A stretch of 41,229 nt of DNA, taken from positions 1-41,229 of the forward strand of contig JBFLVW010000027.1 in assembly GCA_040758235.1 (NCBI GenBank), written 5' to 3'. Below are positions 19,401 through 24,852 of this stretch, piece by piece. Both the position numbers and the translations under genes were made by a program. The stretch comes from Candidatus Micrarchaeota archaeon (lineage in GTDB: Archaea > Micrarchaeota > Micrarchaeia > Anstonellales > Bilamarchaeaceae). Positions within the stretch are counted from its first letter, which is position 1, and every line of letters starts with the position of its first letter. The notes under the pieces were generated by a model. That model made no database searches. It saw nothing but the letters and a program-made list of their open reading frames with translations, and was not told the DNA's origin.

Positions 19401-19871
19401 CCAGACGCTGAGCATCGCCCGCTGGACCGGCTCGGGCTGGTTCTCGAAATCCGCGTTCCTCATCCTGCGCAGTTCCTGCGCCCGCTGGACGCCGATGTTG
19501 TATTCCCTCTGTGCGAGGTCGGTCCTCCCTTCGCGCATGTGCCGCTCGGCGTTGTCGAAATGCGCGGCAGTGTCGCGGGCCTGGCTCTCGAGGGCTCCGC
19601 CGCTGAACCCGCCCATCTCCTTGCGGATGCGGTTGCCGTGCTCTGTGAGCGTATCCCTCGAGAGGGGCATCCTCGTGCTCGTATCCTCGGCCCTCGCGAC
19701 GAAACTCCCCACGATTCCGTCTGCCTTGTTGTATTCAAAACCCAAGAACCTTCCCTTGAGGTCCTCCGCCCTCGGCGCGAATGCGGGGGGCGCGGCGGGC
19801 TGGGGCTGGACTCTCGGCACTTCCTGCGGAGCCTGCTCCTTCACCCTCTGTTCGCCGCCCAGCTCATGCAC
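1449..19871 (-). CDS. Giant 6140-aa multidomain protein: helical repeats, hydrophobic segment, HD/PDEase-like domain and three PI3K/HipA-like kinase domains
   Basis: Uninterrupted 18.4-kb ORF with a GTG start overlapping the upstream stop. Motifs: YHNIAH...LHDLDPG...YADKS; FVK...DRHGEN...IDMD; FVK...DRHDIN...IDTD; YVK...DGHEGN...IDTD. Confidence 0.95.
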   Translation of the reverse strand: MHELGGEQRVKEQAPQEVPRVQPQPAAPPAFAPRAEDLKGRFLGFEYNKADGIVGSFVARAEDTSTRMPLSRDTLTEHGNRIRKEMGGFSGGALESQARDTAAHFDNAERHMREGRTDLAQREYNIGVQRAQELRRMRNADFENQPEPVQRAMLSVWQRAGAGGEGWSDSLYSGVHFYKDNRVSLDSGTPGMANARDGLFGYITNIGERAAAGEIATQEAIDAAARALMQVTRPVQEIFAFIHQSDAFFRSVSQAKKDKEYLVAVKELEEEVKKLKEKMESGEASQDEKDKAAAALAFAKAAEEDLEGMPADARGPASAIYARGIRSMRAGKAEEARIQKTLAKRYAAEKDPERKEELQRFSRWLEEGKVSPADMKAMLGRESVLAKLAVISLDGKKLYEKEVADIRKLDREAAAAMKKADELRGQVKKLREQGKAAEAKKLEAEAERLEKRAKELLGAADRKTKGLVELASLERDLRQSGAPEPVLKAVRAAYRFYGTASEWRAKFSFAAAKLFSQYRDLARDSKGKGLFEALGKFIGLLAGPKEDQEVEKGLGIKKGEWPADKAKGLVGTARSNARALEAKRLVAGLEEAGAPKPLIDAVKGAAKWFGMKGQEWRGERIFSAARFFLRRKGMLAEKKNKGLLDGLLSFVASVAKPETGKEKADAEFRGLLSRAGPVPAGTHRVQPGKEEAGPAVAPQPPVEKPVQPVKFASLVNLRGRRAQEARSQAGEKKKSLEDGAKKLEELQFPAEILKGMRDASAYIGTAEEWKADMVIAAMGLIIKNKDTLLSPAGMQLLSGALSFMFAALEPGAKVGKDDADKFIFSFAEKAVKLAKDEREAKERALRGNNVQLLELSAKAPPELLPFIDKLAADNDARIAELKSGKNLGDDVYGPLMVRFGKLSEVIPALAELKESDPALYKDALAAYSNAFSAYDNTGDPRLFDFMIFAAEQILRYAGKDKASKAKRAELLKYSGAVAQAKSADETEAPKNELITYLSKSLSAEIDSRAGKYGKDTADAVKPLADGLGSFAADPAKCDISALARGRAALEMFSRMDASFARKMDADVRKGGLAFYNRALAALSGGGEMELAAAHGFLAEEYLSPGKKPAERGELESLSAGLASDASKLGMVNGYLQLDQKIDEYEKAAKGPPKEARAQMAQVASLLREYRTKIVNGESIATEGQIAAEGARIRKQMESDPDLAGKIAAYAKERSISVDDAIAAIARGEADQRKLSALTDIGDSIPKAFGRARGKEERRGVAEIYGYSIEALRSGTLEDAAMYSSAAAIYSDLDEKGDRQRVLGIARQYGKNEIEGSVARNVLMVYEQRVRYEGTIKDADKRRNASAYFDLALFAAWSGNKDDLQVSLELATGYAKWAALDAKSLGKDLQAKREDALTFVEGTLGDFKWLGRKRLADIHEDKFKPQEGKLNSAASAIIAGTPLADALGKGDLDAGISALEDISAKNSRHLTAYMDAERLLKIKRAEEFDKSRIKKAHEYAAGKQQDAERRPGYEMLAQYYARTKEVADSEFVSSQLGEARRLLEEGRKHMDEALRLKAEGDKAAIAGDKKTADGLYAQAASEAQTGDRMIRSSDAIVGGILSLEKGLKLNTKRRDDGWLDLGIGIRTYAAVGRGVDADEYGIVIMREGEAVAADERRTRQLAAQAESHAVEGTKEVSRQEAIQKRRDQSIARAKKEIHEVNLSNAEQIVGGIINLLPEGERQAYLDKLKWLIEQKDTKKLQELYVEVGLKAGVPVTEEAEYTKSKAFIENRINPLIELLPEKERQDYRYRVKFAFENGEMKELTKIYIELGQKVGPKSREEVFIYDIDGVERDYKRVVGLYWNENFRDGERRAGQAKFFMRGNFDAASYFIEERRFAKEAGSGYGGEFVPPGTPITASRDSINDFGTPFGPGTTDLMRSYEIGKMLISYMPPGRERDAELAKLEALYKKALEDKEAVSGSKIVSGEVKASDLPALTAKADKSSQDLQAYVEYEGGLNDRVKHNGRNVSLLLFEGKPVFFDAKASYERINQAKRMYLSGNHRGAQKELEDIELGARRDSETQKLDNKAILSRKKRWENILAAGKVEEQLLAPTDKIEDREERARAEDRNDAMGAVVNSIKGSYLRMANGWEEMVNTAPLDLQEKGYLWQERQTRGGWKQAEEAYLNARDSMAFGKADALSINTAMVGDILFAMPDSMKSKTLRNGKNYEDMANYIWEGRDERERNQRAAQFFQALQDNPEDFATIMPTIRKNAKEGLNNTAENQLPQWEAYASGAMAGKREVQSGYGRAYAMILARKMGDELALADSSQKGRKEKSRTMDKYYTAGPVYNAKTYHGHRNNAAYAGEAAIAATWPEYDYRFLDLLTDKTRIEAPIYQFKGSKERSWYDDQPLVVMINEPGQHNRWQWNWSQWDRRAISFGDELANVNRRMGLELSAYASADFVSFGYDRISNSDYFRNVADAQTFLELGVIGIRRSEDKEQSAAGKFAYKYEVWQGSREDAQMVSKAYEQFSFLRNALIGNTMGIDIFFAGDQNDYYMRVGERMTHFTKAAGLSMGMDEYSIPEVTMRFRQIKPLPGSYLPLSEADRKEYEARVEAERKAEIKYNFEAGKAWVKEGGTWKDSDEETNKHVKDMKWMQSAQNTTLFVVKMVRIAGQFAASPFTGGVSGAAAIAELTVEGASAAYEYYKQEGGWEYMSGKEKGFFGLQVVTTVLTPVLPGIGKWQQVRAAATEGVMILGAGETMTLTMGQRMVSYAGIGMIGIGTVQGLWNYKDILKAVEKGDMTWWEAAAQIGSVALPIVQTGLHSYRASVGMRTGIPAYRPKWLQTVEALTLGTPWDAADVHAVAKSYASYKREFRKLPVAERDAYTAYKAKRGVEFAPDAESQLIKDYRAARESGKATSFENYVENDPGAKRLFYEASYTALAGGRKSVSAMSDYEYVYAEQRARGASRDEAIAGFFAYEQSLKRSPQAKANEEAFHKVRRGEKSASELPIEQKAYVDARKSGRNVDESMAAYDKSLAEKPQRVIKELDEARKAEAQKLEREEQGRLGRELETTVTSIAAGEGGKVYTIGRNESAINYSEEHFSAAVGLVYYGKRYLEAIRGGAASDKAILNVPEAYRKTVQELAGRPEFADAAEGNKSGMMLRLALAKARDLESLSSKPEVAKAAYATEAALAIKDYTNNHEDLAFMAKGWREQAQAARTKAAELEKQAAASKGAEAELLKKGAGALTERASALESAASKLEAEAAKRTRPFVPSEHVGAKRFAELHPLERDGIVQVTLPDGTVVEKPAYHNIAHSENVAKMAYSLAMNRPFTENDARLFGSREEKATFLAQVGMLHDLDPGRLPGKAARVSATLEWMDSAEGKKLMKDSFGWDPDSADPLKAEDGKRKIAMAKAMIQRTEFPFDNAKVGEKTSFGFPRGAVPVYEKDANTVDAGSNGRIANRYAEKSPLALYEEYLSKMKPEEMRFVMEEAPILSEYADKSSWYVENRKTAHDSVKGLGTESPNDMFYGTSGFLKAVGQGGKGGSFRLDYEIAAKFGVEVKYPVIDEVLGMMGKKAKENWKANIEMFEKFAAEGNDARKQAKSLVGEDGKPLFDEKSEAGKKELDRIAIRAGQLAAGAEEVALKGDFPKDWNSNMSSYAAADPAKFAVAEYLFDAALRKQGIDPDKVRAGSAYGDRMLTLMTSDPAGMLAKAESLAGEMKPVKVTDVESGLKAAGVDAKSQIAEDARNWQKILRNEPLPSDKVGRYMDAALFDEIVRLRQEKVAAGKLEAQAEAEAVIEVSQRMNQARAEPERPAEKPVTASKEKIDEYKKSISGIKSDEQALSRIAEEDRMDPYSRGSELLKAAEGKLGLRSDVSKADVSRLTMDMSSQAADNFRRLTSEDSPFRERFMLADPTERAIIAEALANNRSLESAFELISKKSVPETRNGLVELSERYAGIKAKSEAEFNRRIKSMEFVDRGLADTLSVLADKDAPQAIKDRKIAEWERARVEAKRDAAIREAKANRTPGQVSEGELSLITGSKEDRGAGRIPPAIEALAFQRGRDPKSFQAELVKAYGSGGAEGKAAVLEKLGMLDNVLPEDRKTLVENLPHIFDLVFRGGLERQISSIRGYEGAKITGVSGQEGIMGTLKVDLVLGDGTKKSIFVKHIDLEADSLGANLAAANGMVTGKIHTTGADGAPLSYNTGIVYNDPLLGRTTKMQSYGFSEDIHGFAGSRVKVKMPGGKTEEVTVVSVAILGKEVMEPGKRAQILGDKNDPRYEAVRKFDEMVRDDGQREQILRAWHAYHELSRRSLLADRHGENTAVFVVDRGPNVPAGERYKVVFEPIDMDYVLKGSEPRDFNSDFMEKTDGFIGNMSRAWNIPEGRLYDQMIAEYKKKAFPDESRQDREAARKATLEAIEAHDGKKFGLGFDVSDSGYGIGRNSLHYGGRSRVIESADGRMTLYADEALPIAKKLNGKEAEGEFLKAQHDALVRAKESKEEGTLQRENYEEPLPPLPVESGPRTGKPGAVVSEKTTPGRRAAIKPSDEVTKPGVKVAAGAEGFEPAPVPKEFERDLSHSVAADLAGSPVKVGGLALALMKGEEWALHVRSALGDHPVGKLVDEMIAGKTTESRRLLEAAKELEAGRGSVEFAKMRAVYAKMMMDAVVAAEKAAPSKPPVSEPEISIVREAPSGKMPPAPPQPKIMSVSEAAGAFTGADQAARSQAINSFLKMDARDQTAVISELRESGREKEAIHLTEMQAISGEAGGVIAKMYGIDKGELVWIYSSAPDAVSARTLLMGRLGIAVKDLPWKTYDQANRGWVSKPYKEFNSPYEDNFIFGIITSGNLIGSIADAYGGAKIKSVEFRNGAVGAYEVVIETRRADGSAETRSVFVKRQDLRPDRAGSEYSMESGVPAPRVTTSAGGKDLVYTQPDGNVSRYGIIEDMKKFEGSINLGGVDARVKTVYESSIHDLADSPMLGWLNSADPKIRDMFWKELGYMLAGSYAVGMWDRHDINSRAMVLEITNPLHNSDPANPASPTVRDALVGKGYTVWDENGKTYAFMMGGIDTDTGAGYKAYETGGKYDMTVMNAQFGADLHRLFATMARIRGAKVEDLVAEAFGDMSGGTPGGPLGEGISRWMKLYGNDPKYMDRVKTAFASHNGEPAGFGITQDEGTVRRLKSGEAVHFEMPLSGDPYTLIAFQDGRSIMRADYEVVQPWALKQWDETVLGMFPPGRDIVLVEINDKSKGAVSDIGTRFNTIVTGDKRTVAIIDAADPAVAELAKSGVGMVRARRDIPQPSEVAHENKVGVIRGDAGMGDMLGVQASKAGAVPVFEWMMGAGEGFMKEQFGSIGKNILSYEDAKKKEAKPAPLAKEEAPLPVASKVPAAAPDQPTGMMPAKPVSGQKPVQGEINVPSKREEPKPGPSPPTPSWLEDLTAAAPPKFTPGKIVDALAAERHPDAKDALVAYSQLPIDAQLGVYREMHNRARKAWEDANALEATQPDAAAVYRENAQRIGVQAIRLGEVMALKGDVGRRLEGTLGLPEGSLVNAYLEKGTIEAAREEVAKRLGVIVPNYSDHGLFGMLITGDLAGVLRDLYPGAKEIKIESIGGGATGAYPVRVKDAAGLEHVEYVKMVDMVPDKAGAENLRRSGIPAPEVITTNKAGQPLLFMQPDGTVSAYGISRDIGEFSGTVKAGGREIKITTDKALPLAKMESSPEIMDIFINHPDAFWNEMGYMNAAGFAVGAVDGHEGNVFAMILDIKNPTKENIKALRDSGVYVFQDAAGDYKMFRLGRIDTDDSAGTYMAKGRKGKFDFGYYAGWTGEYHVFPRLLPFLTRVKNQYEATQAGTWRFDVPAQAVDNFKRNGWEVKADAAGYFIDAVNPDQVRRLANVGLNQVSAPAGTPRFVSVHDMVAQGMDGGKGQFYKGMKRWFREHDNADYRKAMEDGFRSKEGQSAGVSSFKLKPNQMAQLARDGVTYMAFPNNGENNMPVFYYDGRTRLMADYEKVNVIAAAPEIAPLFPQSRLVFVAPVSKKEAAGMSGTFKVGRKYFAVFTSYDAVPVNLRGNAVPATGHHGIVRAAPGFGKLTGLKTERVGAVQVFDYIMDMGERGIAKEWRKIEKMFVKHERKLEEEDLIKGDERMKRMFVNQRMPLGFGPDAYPPKRSR

Positions 19872-20199
19872 CCGCCGTCTGCCTGAGGCCGATTTTCACG
19901 AACCGCTCGAGCATCCTCATCCTCTCCTCGAAGGTCATCCCGGCATTCATCCCATGGAGCATGTCCCTCAGCCATGCCGACACCTCCTCGTGCAGCCTCT
20001 TGAAGGATTCGTATTTCCCCCGCAGCTCCGGGGGCTTTTCACTGGCGTTCTCGTACGCCGCTATCGCTCCCTCGAGCGCGCTGATTAGCCTGTTCGCGAA
20101 TTCGAGGTTTTCCTTCTCGATTGCGCCTATGTTCGCCTCGGTGATGGGGCTGCGGTCCTTGATTGTGCTCCCGGAGTGCCAGGCGTCGGCATCGGCCAT
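19864..20199 (-). CDS. Small helical protein (111 aa), homolog of 38382-38657; candidate chaperone/adaptor
   Basis: Stop overlaps the giant gene's start by 8 nt. TATTAAAA lies 22-29 nt upstream. Aligns with the 91-aa protein (NR..SA.E.A.A..E.A.E.P..L...K..H...S.W.RDML...T.E.R...L..F..I). Confidence 0.9.
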   Translation of the reverse strand: MADADAWHSGSTIKDRSPITEANIGAIEKENLEFANRLISALEGAIAAYENASEKPPELRGKYESFKRLHEEVSAWLRDMLHGMNAGMTFEERMRMLERFVKIGLRQTAGA

Positions 20200-20220
20200 G
20201 CTGGGATATCCTGTGGATGA

Positions 20221-20228
20221 TTTTAATA
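20221..20228 (-). promoter_or_regulatory. Probable TATA box for the small gene/giant gene operon
   Basis: Minus-strand TATTAAAA preceded by an A-rich, BRE-like stretch, 22-29 nt upstream of ATG 20199. Confidence 0.5.
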
Positions 20229-20268
20229 GATTGTTTTTTGTCGCGGAAAATAACCAAAAATGGAGTAA

Positions 20269-21387
20269 TCACTGCTCGGGGCCCGGAGCCGCGGAATTGG
20301 CGCGCTTGAGCTGGAACGCCTTCCTCCTTCTTGAGGAGATGTAGCCCGGCCCGCGGCGAGGGCCCGGCATCCGGCATCCTGCCTCCTGCATCCGGCCTTC
20401 AGGCGATGGAGGTGCAGCCCCATGGCAGCCGGTTTCAGGCAGGGGGCCCACCGGAACCGGTGCCACATCGTCCCGGCGTGGAGCACTGGAGGCGGGGCTG
20501 ATTTCTGTATGCGAGACGGGGGCACATGGCGAATGCGCTGTTATCGTCTTCGGGTTTCGGACTGAGCCGGAGACGTGAGCAGCCGATGGCCTCTGCAATG
20601 CTGCGGCGTTTTCGCGTTTTTGGGGATACGCCGGGTGCGCGCCTCTCTCGCCGCCATCCGGTGCGGTCGTGTATTCGGCACCTGCGAGCGTTCGTTCGTG
20701 AATCCACGTCCCCGTTTCGGCAGATTGCACGTCCGGGCGATCGCCTTCCGAAGCCATCCGGCTTTCGCTGCCGGAGCGATTCGCACGCGCCTGTTCTCTT
20801 TCATCACTTCCCCGTATCCTTATTATTTCGGCAGGCGCCGCGCCCATAAGGTGTCCCCGAACCAGCCTGAGCGGCCTGAACTGCGGGTGCTTCCTGATGT
20901 GGACTACCTCGGCGAGCTCGCCCGCCTCGGCCCGGGGCGGAACGTGCACGAAAGAATCCCACCTCCTGTCGTTCGCGGCCCTTTTTATCGGGCGCCATGC
21001 GGCGCCCTCCCCCCTCCCCTCAGCCCCGCTATCGCGACGGCCCCCGTCATGGTCCGCATTTACATCCACCCCGCGCTCGAACTCTATCCCCCTCATCGTC
21101 CCGCTCTGGGGCGGGCGCCGCTCCTCGTCGTGGCTCCTCGAGAATAGCGGCGTGACCTTGCCGCTCATCTGAAAGTAGTTCCACCGCGAGCCGCAGACCA
21201 CGCTCTCGGCCTTGTTCGGGGGCTTGCCCTTCGCCCCGCGGTTGTAGGCGTGGTCTGTGAACCTCATCGGGTTCTTCCGGGAAATGTACGGCTTGAATAT
21301 GGTTCCGCTTACTCTCAGCCTGGAAGCGCGCTCGGGGGACCTGCCTTCCTTCTTCGGAGGCAAAGTCCTTGGAGTGAGGGTCCTCAT
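20269..21387 (-). CDS. Hypothetical, largely low-complexity/disordered protein (~372 aa)
   Basis: Only long ORF filling the gap between the DHH gene and the 111-aa gene. TTTAAAA (21412-21418) lies 25-31 nt upstream of ATG 21387. No recognisable domain. Confidence 0.5.
   Translation of the reverse strand: MRTLTPRTLPPKKEGRSPERASRLRVSGTIFKPYISRKNPMRFTDHAYNRGAKGKPPNKAESVVCGSRWNYFQMSGKVTPLFSRSHDEERRPPQSGTMRGIEFERGVDVNADHDGGRRDSGAEGRGEGAAWRPIKRAANDRRWDSFVHVPPRAEAGELAEVVHIRKHPQFRPLRLVRGHLMGAAPAEIIRIRGSDEREQARANRSGSESRMASEGDRPDVQSAETGTWIHERTLAGAEYTTAPDGGERGAHPAYPQKRENAAALQRPSAAHVSGSVRNPKTITAHSPCAPVSHTEISPASSAPRRDDVAPVPVGPLPETGCHGAAPPSPEGRMQEAGCRMPGPRRGPGYISSRRRKAFQLKRANSAAPGPEQ
20367..20401. repeat. 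Degenerate 7-bp tandem repeat (5 units)
   Basis: gcatccg gcatcct gcctcct gcatccg gccttca. Confidence 0.75.
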
Positions 21388-21413
21388 CAGAAGCATCAAT
21401 GGCTGGCACGCTT

Positions 21414-22772
21414 TTAAACCTTGCTTCCGGCACTACGATTTTGGACGAAGCTTCCCGCAAGGAGCAGGAATCCCTCGAGCTTCTCTTCCGGTATCGATGC
21501 GCCGGCCGCCATCCGGTGCCCGCCTCCGGCGCCCCCGAGCTCCTCGGTAGCGGATTTCATCAAAGCGCCCAAGTTGAGCCCGGATTCGACAAGCGCGCGC
21601 GGGGCCCTCCCCGAAAATTTCAGGGTCCCGGAATCGCCGAGCGACACCCCGAGCACCGGCTTCCTCCATTCTTGGCGCATGCACATGCCGCACACCACGC
21701 CAATTATCCCTTCTTCTATGACTCCCCGCGCGTCCAGGAAGTAGAACGGCCCCAAATCCTGAAGATTCGATGCGGCGAACGCCACGCCCTCCCTGAGCAT
21801 CTTCCGATGGAGCGAGAGGAGGGCCCTCGCCTCGGAGTATGCGCCCTCGTCGCGAAGGCATACCCTCACGCCCACCTCCGGCTTCGAGTGCCTTCCGCAT
21901 GCGTTCAGTAGCGTGCTGAACTCGTTCGCCTCGTAAGTCTCGTTGCGCGGCCTTCCGGGGAAGACGTAGCTCTCCCCGATGAGGCGGGAGCCGTCGCTCG
22001 CCATCGTAATCCTCGCAAGCGCGCTCACAAGCCTTTTCTTCTCGTCCGCATCGAGGTCCGCATACACGCGCATTCCAGCAGCCGGCCCCCGGTCTCCTGA
22101 TTCCAGCGGTATGCCAAGTTCGGAAAGGAGCTCCACCGCCTTGTCCTCCCTGTATGTTATCCCCGGAAGAAAAGGCTCGTCGCAATATGCCAGGAACTGC
22201 ACGAGCGGCCTGCAGTATCTTCCGTAAAACCTGAGGTCATCCTCGACTTTCACCTCTCCGCTCCCTTCCCCCTGCCCCAAAACCCACCTGTTCATTCCCG
22301 AAAGCGGGTGCTGCATGTCCCCGACGGCTCCGACTACCGCAAGGTCGGCGTCCGTCCTGAACACGCAGTATGCGGTCGATGCAGCGCTCAGCTCGGTCCC
22401 CCCGTCGAGCCCGGACAGGAGCGGGTTCGCCTGGGGCTTTCCTATGCCTTCGGTCTGGTGATGGTCTATTATTACGACGTCCTGCAGCTCGTTCACCCTT
22501 TTGTTCCCGCCACCCAAATCGACGAAAATTATCTCTGACTCCCGTTTCCCGTTTCCGGCACCCAAATACCGCTCGATTGCGGTATCATCGAGCTTTTTTA
22601 TGCACTCGCTCCGGACCTTCCTCCCTTCCTTCCTGAATGCGCTCATGACAAGCGAGCCGGAGCTGATGCCGTCCGCGTCATAGTGGTGCACGATAAGCGG
22701 GTCGCTGAACGAGAATGCTATGCGGCGCGCCTCGGCGCATCTTTCAAGGAAACCCTGCTCGTCCCTCGCCAT
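21414..22772 (-). CDS. DHH/DHHA1 family phosphoesterase, archaeal RecJ/GAN(Cdc45)-like
   Basis: HHYDADG, FVDLG, IIDHH, VGAVGD, STLLNACGR and C-terminal GGGHRMAAG motifs. Confidence 0.92.
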   Translation of the reverse strand: MARDEQGFLERCAEARRIAFSFSDPLIVHHYDADGISSGSLVMSAFRKEGRKVRSECIKKLDDTAIERYLGAGNGKRESEIIFVDLGGGNKRVNELQDVVIIDHHQTEGIGKPQANPLLSGLDGGTELSAASTAYCVFRTDADLAVVGAVGDMQHPLSGMNRWVLGQGEGSGEVKVEDDLRFYGRYCRPLVQFLAYCDEPFLPGITYREDKAVELLSELGIPLESGDRGPAAGMRVYADLDADEKKRLVSALARITMASDGSRLIGESYVFPGRPRNETYEANEFSTLLNACGRHSKPEVGVRVCLRDEGAYSEARALLSLHRKMLREGVAFAASNLQDLGPFYFLDARGVIEEGIIGVVCGMCMRQEWRKPVLGVSLGDSGTLKFSGRAPRALVESGLNLGALMKSATEELGGAGGGHRMAAGASIPEEKLEGFLLLAGSFVQNRSAGSKV

Positions 22773-22816
22773 GACGACACTCCCCTTAAAAACAAATGCC
22801 TCCCATCCTTGGATAC

Positions 22817-23389
22817 ATGGCCAAGGAGATATTAATACATCTCATCGTCTCCCTTGTCAGGATTTTCGCGGCAATAGTCCTTTCGGCGGGAGCGGTATAT
22901 ACCGGAATCTCGCTCGTGGACCGCATGACAGCCCGCATCGACGAGTGGAAGGAGATAAAGAAAGGCAACCTCGCCCTCGGCATCCTTTTCGCCGCGGTCG
23001 TCGCCTCGGTAATCCTGCTGTGCGAGAGCCGCATCGTCGAGGCGGTCTTCGCCATAGGCGCGGGCGTCATCTCCCCGCTCAATGACGGCGCGGACACGAG
23101 CGCCGGGGCAATCGTCTTCACGCTTGAGCTGATGCTCATCACCTTCGTCAACTATATCATCGCGCTTGGCGCGGCTTCGTTCGTCGTTTTCCTCTCAATC
23201 AACGTGATTGACCGCATTACGCCCGACCTGGACGAGCTCGCGGAGCTGAAGAAGGGCAACCTCGCGGTGGCCCTCATCCTCGCTGTCTCGCTCCTCCTCG
23301 TCGCCTTTGCGCTGAGGGAGCCTTTCGAATCCCTATTCGACCTCCTTAAATCCATCGAAGTAGCAATACTGGAGCCTGTATTCCCATGA
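22817..23389 (+). CDS. DUF350-like integral membrane protein (two repeats)
   Basis: Two E[IL]KKGNLA[LV] motifs, each followed by hydrophobic helices. ORF track starts at 22796. The stop overlaps the proS start (ATGA). Confidence 0.8.
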   Translation: MAKEILIHLIVSLVRIFAAIVLSAGAVYTGISLVDRMTARIDEWKEIKKGNLALGILFAAVVASVILLCESRIVEAVFAIGAGVISPLNDGADTSAGAIVFTLELMLITFVNYIIALGAASFVVFLSINVIDRITPDLDELAELKKGNLAVALILAVSLLLVAFALREPFESLFDLLKSIEVAILEPVFP

Positions 23390-24822
23390 AGCTCGACAAG
23401 AAAGATTTCTCGGAGTGGTACAATTCAATCATCAAGGAGGCGCAGCTCTGCGACATCCGCTACGGCATCAAGGGGTTCGTCGTTTTCATGCCGTGGGCCG
23501 TGATGACGATGAACCGCATGTACGCGATGTACGAGGCGATTCTCGAGGCGCGCGGCCACGTCCCGGCGCTCTTCCCGGCGCTCATCCCGGAAAGCTACCT
23601 GACGAGGGAGAGCGACCATGTCAAGGGATTCGTCCCCGAAGTCTTCTGGGTTACGCAGGCCGGGGCGCACCCGACCGAGGAGCGCTACGCGATGCGGCCG
23701 ACAAGCGAGACGGCCATGTACTCGATGTACGCCCTCTGGATACACGGGACGCGCGACCTACCCCTCAAGCTCTACCAGCGCTGCCAGGTCTGGAGGCACG
23801 AGACGAAGGCCACGAAGCCGTTCATACGCTCGAGGGAATTCCACTGGATAGAGGCGCACGACTGCTTCGCGACCCGGGAGCAGGCCATGCAGCAGGTCCG
23901 CGAGGACATGGAGATGGCCGAGCAGGTCATCCACAACCATTTCGGCGTGCCTTTCCTGTTCTTCAAGAGGCCCCAGTGGGACAAGTTCGCCGGGGCCGAA
24001 GATACTTTCGCCGCCGACACGCTCATGCCCGACGGCCGCGCCCTCCAGCTTCCGAGCACCCACATGCTGGGGCAGCATTTTTCGAAGGCTTTCGGAATCA
24101 AATATACGGATGAAAAAGGGAAGGAGGAATACGTGTGGCAGACCTGCTACGGCCCGGCGATATCGCGCATCTACGCCGCGGTGATATCCACGCACGGGGA
24201 CGACAAGGGGCTGGTATTCCCCGTCCGCCTCGCTCCGGTGCAGGTCGTAATAGTCCCGATAATAAAGGAGGACACCCGCGAAAAGGTCATGGACGCCTGC
24301 CGCGAGGCGGAGAAGCGCGTAGGCTGCTGCTTCGTCGTGAAGATAGACGACTCCGACCGCACGCCCGGCTTCAAGTTCAACGAGTGGGAGATGAAGGGCG
24401 TCCCCATCCGCATCGAAATCGGCATGCGGGACGTAGAAAGCGGGAGCGTGATGGTCGCCCGCAGGGACACCGGCGAGAAGCTCAAGGTGAAGATAGAGGA
24501 GCTTGACGCGAAGCTGGACGAAATCGCCCAATCGATAGACGCGAGCATCCGGCTGAAGGCCGACAAGTGGTTCTCGGACAAGCTCTCCTTTGCCGATTCC
24601 ATGGAGGAACTGGGCCAAAAACTCGAAATGCACGGCTTCGTGCGCGTACCTTTCTGCACCGACCAGATGAGCGGGGAGAAGTGCGCCGACATAGTGAAGG
24701 ACAAGCACCAGGCCAACATCCGCGGCTCGCTCTTCGGCTCCGACATGGTGCCCAAGGACAAGAAGTGCGTCTCCTGCGGCAGCCCGGCAACGATTTACCT
24801 CTATGCCGCGAGGCAGTACTGA
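23386..24822 (+). CDS. proS: Prolyl-tRNA synthetase, archaeal/eukaryote type
   Basis: DFSEWY, MRPTSET, WRHE..TKPFIRSREFHWIEAH, QTCYG, WEMKGVPIRIEIG, C-terminal CxxC and terminal Tyr. Confidence 0.97.
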   Translation: MKLDKKDFSEWYNSIIKEAQLCDIRYGIKGFVVFMPWAVMTMNRMYAMYEAILEARGHVPALFPALIPESYLTRESDHVKGFVPEVFWVTQAGAHPTEERYAMRPTSETAMYSMYALWIHGTRDLPLKLYQRCQVWRHETKATKPFIRSREFHWIEAHDCFATREQAMQQVREDMEMAEQVIHNHFGVPFLFFKRPQWDKFAGAEDTFAADTLMPDGRALQLPSTHMLGQHFSKAFGIKYTDEKGKEEYVWQTCYGPAISRIYAAVISTHGDDKGLVFPVRLAPVQVVIVPIIKEDTREKVMDACREAEKRVGCCFVVKIDDSDRTPGFKFNEWEMKGVPIRIEIGMRDVESGSVMVARRDTGEKLKVKIEELDAKLDEIAQSIDASIRLKADKWFSDKLSFADSMEELGQKLEMHGFVRVPFCTDQMSGEKCADIVKDKHQANIRGSLFGSDMVPKDKKCVSCGSPATIYLYAARQY

Positions 24823-24852
24823 TTTAAATCTTTATATCATATTAATATATCT

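Noticed and set aside
1572-19886. Many long plus-strand ORFs (for example 556, 458, 627, 457, 577 and 521 aa) opposite the giant gene
   Set aside because: Antisense shadow ORFs caused by high GC and codon bias of the real minus-strand gene. They have L/R/V/H-rich, non-protein-like composition and no motifs.
19864-20199. Calling the small adaptor-like proteins WXG100/ESAT-6
   Set aside because: Size and helicity fit, but there is no central W-x-G (the motif is W-x-RDML) and no FtsK/EssC ATPase in the window. It is kept only as an analogy.
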